Positions 59,314 to 64,000 of a stretch of 64,000 nt of DNA are shown here, piece after piece. How positions within the stretch are numbered: position 1 is the stretch's first letter; every line of letters begins with the position of its first letter. The stretch comes from a virus (lineage: Duplodnaviria; Caudoviricetes), in the IMG/VR virus record IMGVR_UViG_2721755486_000003, one strand, 5' to 3'. The notes below the pieces were generated by a model. It searched no databases. It worked only from the letters and a program-made list of their open reading frames with translations, and was not told the origin of the DNA. The position numbers and the translations under genes were made by a program.

Positions 59314-59609
59314 CCGAAGCAGCAGCACAAGTGATCGAAACGACCCGGAAGGCCTGGGAGATGCAGATGGACAACCGACTGATGAGCGAGCAAGACCTGC
59401 GTGACGTAACCGGCCTGCGCCGGCACAAGCTGCAAGCGGCATGGCTTCAACGCCACTTCGGCCTGACGCCTGTCCAGCGCGCCGACGGCAGGATCATCCT
59501 GACCTGGGCAGCCTTCGAGGCCCTGCAGGCCAAGCGCGCCGGCGTGCTACCGGGCGCTGCTCAACCGGACAACCGCCCGGCCCTCGTGCCCCTGCGGAGG
59601 GCCGCGTGA
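59310..59609 (+). CDS. Excisionase-like protein (DUF4224-like)
   Basis: LRDVTG.....Q..WL...G.....RADGR, directly before int. Confidence 0.75.
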   Translation: MTEAAAQVIETTRKAWEMQMDNRLMSEQDLRDVTGLRRHKLQAAWLQRHFGLTPVQRADGRIILTWAAFEALQAKRAGVLPGAAQPDNRPALVPLRRAA

Positions 59610-60724
59610 ACGCCCGCCGCAGAACCAAGGCAGACGGCCTGCCGAGTCGGGTCTATGTGCGGCGCAACAGCTTCTTCTGGGTACGACCAACGGACGAGAA
59701 GTGGCTGAAGCTGTGCCGCGTGGCCGAGGGCGAGACGCTGATGTATGAGCGCCTGGCCGCCGAGAAGCGGAAGGTGGAAGTGGACGGCGACGAAGGCAGC
59801 ATGTCCCGCCTCGTCGCCATCTACATGGACAAATTCGAGGGGCAGTACTCGGACACCTTCCGCGATGAGTGGAAGCGCCGCGGCGAGGATGTACGGAAGG
59901 CATTCAAGCACCACAGCGTCGAGCAGGTGGACTCCGGCCTGATTGAGGACTTCCTGCTACAGAACTGGGCCGACAAGCTGCCGACGCAGCGTGCGATGAA
60001 AGGCTGGCTGTCCAAGTTCTTCGCCTGGGCCGTCCGGCGCCGCCACGCGCAGGTCAATCCCTGCCGCGAGGTCGAGGTCAAGAAGCCGACTGTGCGCGAC
60101 GTCTACATCCCGCACGACCACTTCATGGCGATCCGCGCCGCGCTGGCCAGCTACAGCTACGAGAAGAAGATTAAGGGGAAGCTCCAGGTCATCACCGCCA
60201 AGGTCCCGACCGGGCCGGAAATGCAGATCTTCGTCGACCTGTGCTACCTGACCTGCCAGCGCTCGACCGAGATTCGGCTGCTGCGTTGGTCGCAAGTGGA
60301 TGAGCGCGCCGGCGTGATCCGGTTCAAGCCGACCAAGACGGAGAACAGCAGCGGTCAGGCGGTGGACTGGCCGATCACCCCCGAGATTGCCGCCGTCCTC
60401 CGGCGCGCGCGCGCACTGAGGCGGGAACTGACGGTCCAGCCGCTGCACGACTACGTCATCACGGATCGGAGGGGAAAGCCGAAGACCGCAGCGGCCTGCC
60501 GCGATGCCTGGCGAGACGGACTGGTCCGCTCGAAGCTGGAGAAGATGGACTACGTGGTGAAAGACATTCGCGCGAAGGCGCTCACCGATGCGTATCGGTC
60601 CGGCCACGGCATCGATGAGCTGCAGGTCGCCGGCGCCCATGCGGATCGGGCCACAACGGAGGACTACATCAAGCAGCGCGACGTGCCTGTTTCAGTCGTG
60701 CGCCTGCGTCTCCCTGCCGCGTAA
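59606..60724 (+). CDS. int: Tyrosine recombinase (integrase)
   Basis: TCQRSTE (R), KT, KDIRAKA, AH, TEDY (Y); adjacent to att. Confidence 0.93.
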   Translation: MNARRRTKADGLPSRVYVRRNSFFWVRPTDEKWLKLCRVAEGETLMYERLAAEKRKVEVDGDEGSMSRLVAIYMDKFEGQYSDTFRDEWKRRGEDVRKAFKHHSVEQVDSGLIEDFLLQNWADKLPTQRAMKGWLSKFFAWAVRRRHAQVNPCREVEVKKPTVRDVYIPHDHFMAIRAALASYSYEKKIKGKLQVITAKVPTGPEMQIFVDLCYLTCQRSTEIRLLRWSQVDERAGVIRFKPTKTENSSGQAVDWPITPEIAAVLRRARALRRELTVQPLHDYVITDRRGKPKTAAACRDAWRDGLVRSKLEKMDYVVKDIRAKALTDAYRSGHGIDELQVAGAHADRATTEDYIKQRDVPVSVVRLRLPAA

Positions 60725-60745
60725 TTTTGGACACTGTCCAAAATT
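60723..60745. promoter_or_regulatory. Perfect palindrome, putative arm-type sites
   Basis: AATTTTGGACA-C-TGTCCAAAATT. Confidence 0.6.
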
Positions 60746-60776
60746 CAGCATCTTTTGCGGACGGCAGAAAAGACGA

Positions 60777-60808
60777 AGGCCTCTGTAATCGATTGATTAC
60801 AGAGGCCT
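60777..60808. terminator. Hairpin next to tRNA 3' end containing an IHF consensus
   Basis: AGGCCTCTGTAATC-GATT-GATTACAGAGGCCT; TAATCGATTGATT at 60786-60798. Confidence 0.6.
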
Positions 60809-60809
60809 C

Positions 60810-60858
<49 letters not shown>

Positions 60859-60995
60859 ATACATATGTAAGTGATATAAATCAATCACTTACGCAGATTC
60901 CTCTAACTTGCTGCGTAAAATTTAGGCACGGCGGCATGCGGGATCCCGGGCGATTCGGAGTGCATCTTAGACAGCATTTCGGGCCCTATGAAGGG

Positions 60996-61043
60996 AAAAG
61001 CGGCCCGCCTCGGCGGGGAGCGTTGACGGGCCAGAAGTCCAGC
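60996..61043 (-). ncRNA. Candidate sRNA, GCUCCCCGC-loop family copy A3
   Basis: TAGACT -10 (61050-61055, minus), stem GGCCCGTC/GGCGGGCC, weaker T-run. Confidence 0.5.
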
Positions 61044-61136
61044 GGCGCGAGTCTACGCGGCATGGCTGACGAGCGCCTGACCGAGAAAGCGCGAGTTCCC
61101 ACCGCTGTTCTCGCCAAGCTTGGCGCCTACGTTATA

Positions 61137-61152
61137 CTGTATATTCATACAG
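61137..61152. promoter_or_regulatory. LexA (SOS) box
   Basis: CTGTatattcatACAG overlapping TATACT. Confidence 0.9.
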
Positions 61153-61170
61153 CATTCAGAATGCCCAACC

Positions 61171-61461
61171 ATGCTGCCATTAGCCGCTATCGAGTCTGCC
61201 ATCCAGGATGCTCTCCCGCCTATCATCGCCCGTCACCGCTCAGCCGGGCACCTGACCTGGAAACTGCTTCACCAGATCGAGGACGAGGTTATGTCGGAGG
61301 TGTCCGCAACCGGGAAAGTGGCGCCGATGATGCTTGCTGTGCTGAAGTCGTCGCCCTTCATGTCATTCCCACGGAATGACAGCGTGGCAGACCTAAGCAA
61401 GCACGATGTCCTGCCGATCGCCTTCGCCCTGACCGCACAGGCATGGAACAAGCTCCATTGA
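61171..61461 (+). CDS. SOS-regulated protein, DUF2471-like
   Basis: IIARHR..G.LTWKLLHQIEDEV (family recalled). Confidence 0.7.
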   Translation: MLPLAAIESAIQDALPPIIARHRSAGHLTWKLLHQIEDEVMSEVSATGKVAPMMLAVLKSSPFMSFPRNDSVADLSKHDVLPIAFALTAQAWNKLH

Positions 61462-61471
61462 GGTGCCGGCC

Positions 61472-61732
61472 ATGCCCGCCTTCCTCGCCACATCCATCTT
61501 CCTCGAAGCCGACTACCTGCCAGGTGACCGGGAGGAGATCCGGCTGCCCTGCTCCACCGTCGTGGTCCATAACGGCGCCGTGAGCGTGCGCGGCATTGAG
61601 ACGCGCCACCTAGAAAGGCTCGGCTGGACGCCGGACGCGCTGTCCTTCGAAGTCGCCGGCGAGCATCACCGCTATCGCGTTGCCGCGCCATCGCTAGGCG
61701 GCGCGCTCACGGCCAAGTTCCCGATCAGGTAG
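61472..61732 (+). CDS. Hypothetical protein
   Basis: GAGG RBS, host-like codons. Confidence 0.7.
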   Translation: MPAFLATSIFLEADYLPGDREEIRLPCSTVVVHNGAVSVRGIETRHLERLGWTPDALSFEVAGEHHRYRVAAPSLGGALTAKFPIR

Positions 61733-61779
61733 AACCCCGTGCGTCGTTCTAGAATGGTTGCAAGTATGGGGGGATCAAC

Positions 61780-61989
61780 ATGGAAGACTCCGAGGAATGG
61801 AGGCGCCGGGTCGTCGCTGGAGGTCAGACTTTCTGCCCGGCATGCCAGTCAACTGACGTCACCATGGGCGCTTGCGCAATTGGCGCCCTGACAGTTCACC
61901 AAGAATATACCTGCGAGGACTGTCAGCATGAATTCACGGCCCTCTTTGTCCTGGTCAGCTGCTATGCGGGCCATGAGACGGATAGCTAA
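61780..61989 (+). CDS. Small zinc-ribbon protein
   Basis: CPAC...CEDC; TAGAAT and GGGGGA upstream. Confidence 0.65.
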   Translation: MEDSEEWRRRVVAGGQTFCPACQSTDVTMGACAIGALTVHQEYTCEDCQHEFTALFVLVSCYAGHETDS

Positions 61990-61996
61990 CGGCCGG

Positions 61997-62152
61997 TGAA
62001 CGGCCCATATGTCAAGCCCGCTGTCGCATGGCCGCATCAGGGAATTTCCCGCATTCAAGCGACCGCTTGGCGCAAGCAAGAATTCCCCAGGGCTCGTTCG
62101 CAACGCCCGTCTTATTGGGCCCTCGGCTGAGCCAGCGAGGGCCCTTTTCTCT
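61997..62152 (+). repeat. Second copy of the 156-bp element (double-hairpin sRNA 62090-62152)
   Basis: 141/156 identical to 6136-6291. Confidence 0.75.
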
Positions 62153-62263
62153 CCTGCGGTCACTGGAAACAATGACCCGATGCGGATACGGCGACTACGA
62201 ATAATCCGCAGCATCACCCGTTCAAGGGTCGAATTGCGTGCGGTCGCCACGTAAAGTTGAACG

Positions 62264-62323
62264 CGGTCGCGCCCGGGGGTGCGACCGTCTTTTTTGCCCT
62301 CCGGCAGGTGGAGGGCATTTTTT
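62264..62323 (+). ncRNA. Candidate double-hairpin sRNA
   Basis: TAAAGT 62252-62257; CGGTCGC/GCGACCG, U-rich linker, TGCCCTCC/GGAGGGCA + T-run. Confidence 0.5.
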
Positions 62324-62446
62324 CGTTGCCGCACGCACGTTATGTCCGCGCGTATAGACGCGCCGGCTCCCCCCCCAAGCGCAGACCTATGACACACCAC
62401 TCGTTAGTAGGGGGTATTTGTGAAAAATCTGTATTTATCCTGCCAT

Positions 62447-62510
62447 CGGATCTTCGAACCAGGATCCGCGTTCGTTGCGCCCCGGCTTCCCGGCAGGGGC
62501 GCTTTTTTTT
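62447..62510 (+). ncRNA. Candidate double-hairpin sRNA
   Basis: TATCCT 62436-62441; CGGATC/GATCCG, linker, GCGCCCC/GGGGCGC + T8. Confidence 0.5.
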
Positions 62511-62576
62511 GAGTAACTGGCCGTCGGTCGCGAAGAGGCGTGGGCGGCGACGAGACTTTCTAGCAGAATCCGGCTG

Positions 62577-62638
62577 CGCGCGCCTCCCTGGGCGCGCGAT
62601 CCCTAACTTGGGCCCGCCATCGAGCGGGCTTTTTTTTT
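62577..62638 (+). ncRNA. Candidate double-hairpin sRNA with CUCCC loop
   Basis: CAGAAT 62564-62569; CGCGCGCC/GGCGCGCG, linker ATCCCTAACTT, GCCCGC/GCGGGC + T9. Confidence 0.55.
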
Positions 62639-62801
62639 AGCCTCTCCCAAGACGAAATCCGGCCTACCTGGCACGACTTCCAGGCATCACCGCTTACCAC
62701 GTTCAGATTGTCAGACTCACGATCAAGGCTCCCGCCCGATGCAGGGTAGCGACGTCCGTGCGCCGCACCAAAAATGCCGCCTGGCAGCGCACATTGACCC
62801 C

Positions 62802-62851
62802 GTTGCCATTCCTGGGCGCATAGGGGCTCCCCGCACCTATGCGCTCTTTTT
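62802..62851 (+). ncRNA. Candidate sRNA, GCUCCCCGC-loop family copy A5
   Basis: GTTGCCATTCC leader, stem GCGCATAGG/CCTATGCGC, T-run. Confidence 0.55.
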
Positions 62852-62920
62852 CCCAATGCCCATCGTTCGCCACCGTTAGCGCCATAGGCTCGCTCGGAGG
62901 CCGGCGCCGGGTCCAGTCCT

Positions 62921-62971
62921 CAGTGCGTCCTCCCATCCATCCGCACGCCACAGAACATCAGCCACCGGCGC
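62921..62971 (-). pseudogene. 3' remnant of a DUF1353 gene
   Basis: 44/51 identical to 6994-7044; RRWLMFCGVRMDGRTH vs RRWLMFWGVRLGGGSH. Confidence 0.75.
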
Positions 62972-63215
62972 TTGACCACGCGTCCACTGTCTTGCGGTGC
63001 CGCGCAGCGCAGTCGCCCAGCGCGCCCAGCACGGGCCCCATCACCCACGCCTGCCAAGCGTCGTAGTCGCCAGCTGCCGGCGCATCCGGCACCTCGCACG
63101 GCGCCGCCAGCGCGCTATCGAGCGGCGGCGGCTTGCTTGGCTGCGTCGACGGCGTTGGAGAGCATGCGCACCCGGCCAGCATCAGGCCGGCAGTCAGCAG
63201 GCAAAGGCTTCGCAT
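62958..63215 (-). CDS. o-spanin (Rz1-like lipoprotein)
   Basis: LAGC lipobox, Pro-rich, C...C..RH; overlaps i-spanin. Confidence 0.8.
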   Translation of the reverse strand: MRSLCLLTAGLMLAGCACSPTPSTQPSKPPPLDSALAAPCEVPDAPAAGDYDAWQAWVMGPVLGALGDCAARHRKTVDAWSSAGG

Positions 63216-63489
63216 TCTTCAGCTCCTTCTGGATGGCGTCGAGCCGGGTGCTCAGCGTCGACTGAATAGCGCGGTACTCGTCGGCCCGCGCGCGGATGCC
63301 AGCGCCGGCGGCGCGCAGCTCGCCCAGCGCCTGGTTTGCGGTCGCCACGTCAGCCTGGGCGCGCGCCGCAGTCAGTTCGGCCAGCTCGGCGTCCTTTCGC
63401 CAGCCATTGGTGACCCAGCCGGCTGCGAACAGAGCGCCGGCCAGCACCGCGGCGCCGGCAGAGCGCCCGTTCAAGGGAACGTCGATCAC
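63115..63489 (-). CDS. i-spanin (Rz-like)
   Basis: N-terminal TM, GW...GWR, coiled coil, C-terminal Cys. Confidence 0.8.
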   Translation of the reverse strand: MIDVPLNGRSAGAAVLAGALFAAGWVTNGWRKDAELAELTAARAQADVATANQALGELRAAGAGIRARADEYRAIQSTLSTRLDAIQKELKNAKPLPADCRPDAGRVRMLSNAVDAAKQAAAAR

Positions 63490-63959
63490 AGCGCTCGCCT
63501 CCCCTCGCAGTACTCGCGCGCCAGGGCGCGACGGTTGACCAGGCCACGCACAGGCTTGCCGTTGACGTTGACCCACAGCGCCAAGGCCGCGCACGCGCCG
63601 TCCATATCGCCGGCGTTCGCCCTCCGGGTCATACTGCTGCCGCAGAAAGCTGCCACGCCGATGTTGTAAGCCGTGTCGACGAAGGCCACCTTCTGGCCAT
63701 CCGTCAGCGGCACGCGCACGCAGGCCATGACACCCTCCGCATGCCGTGCCAGATCCTTGTCGAGCTGGGCCCGGCACTCGGCCGGCGTGTAGGTCTTTCC
63801 CCACTGCGCGTTCTCGGTGGCGCCGTCGCAGTAGGTCAGCACGCCCCCGATGTCGCGGTAGGTCTTGTAGACGGTGCCCTCGTTCTTGGGCACCAGCACC
63901 AGCAACGCAGCCGCCGCCGCAGCGCCGACCACGCCGACCAGCTTGGGATTGAGCGCCAT
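63486..63959 (-). CDS. Lysozyme (GH24), SAR-type endolysin
   Basis: Ala-rich N-terminal anchor, EG....YRD..G..T.C.G.T, YNIG, GLVNRR. Confidence 0.92.
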   Translation of the reverse strand: MALNPKLVGVVGAAAAAALLVLVPKNEGTVYKTYRDIGGVLTYCDGATENAQWGKTYTPAECRAQLDKDLARHAEGVMACVRVPLTDGQKVAFVDTAYNIGVAAFCGSSMTRRANAGDMDGACAALALWVNVNGKPVRGLVNRRALAREYCEGRRAL

Positions 63960-64000
63960 GTCACTCCTCCCGCTGCCGCACGCGCCGCCACGGTCGGATG

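Noticed and set aside
61997-62851. CRISPR array or mini-array
   Set aside because: No identical direct repeats with regular spacers and no cas genes; the PD-(D/E)XK gene at 48579 sits in a recombination module.

Overview
GC-rich betaproteobacterial DNA (Burkholderiaceae-like, inferred from gene families and gamma/beta-type LexA boxes). The window is dominated by one apparently complete ~58 kb temperate myophage prophage (2752-60858), bounded by a 49-bp direct repeat equal to the 3' half of tRNA-Pro(GGG) on the minus strand. Left to right it carries: an SOS/SRAP and candidate defence accessory end, lysis genes, contractile tail, DUF2184/DUF2213/DUF1073-type head, terminase, Q/RusA/replication, cro/cI switch, early recombination and methylase genes, xis and int. 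Neither att copy is a whole tRNA. The prophage lies between a decayed relative on the left (DUF1643 5' fragment fused to an integrase 3' tail) and the lysis end of another prophage on the right, i.e. a tandem array at one tRNA. The most unusual signals are non-coding: (i) clusters of ~50-65 nt promoter-hairpin-U-tail units at the prophage ends, including five copies of a family with an invariant GCUCCCCGC loop; (ii) a candidate tRNA T-arm-like RNA convergent on the stop codon of an LPD3/BECR-type nuclease gene in the head operon. Also notable: a RexAB-like two-gene cassette, a lipoprotein/DUF1353 block that seems exchangeable with Rz/Rz1, a CI with two HTH domains and a C5 methylase with five tandem TRD-like repeats. 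All family names come from recalled motifs and synteny; no database searches were run.
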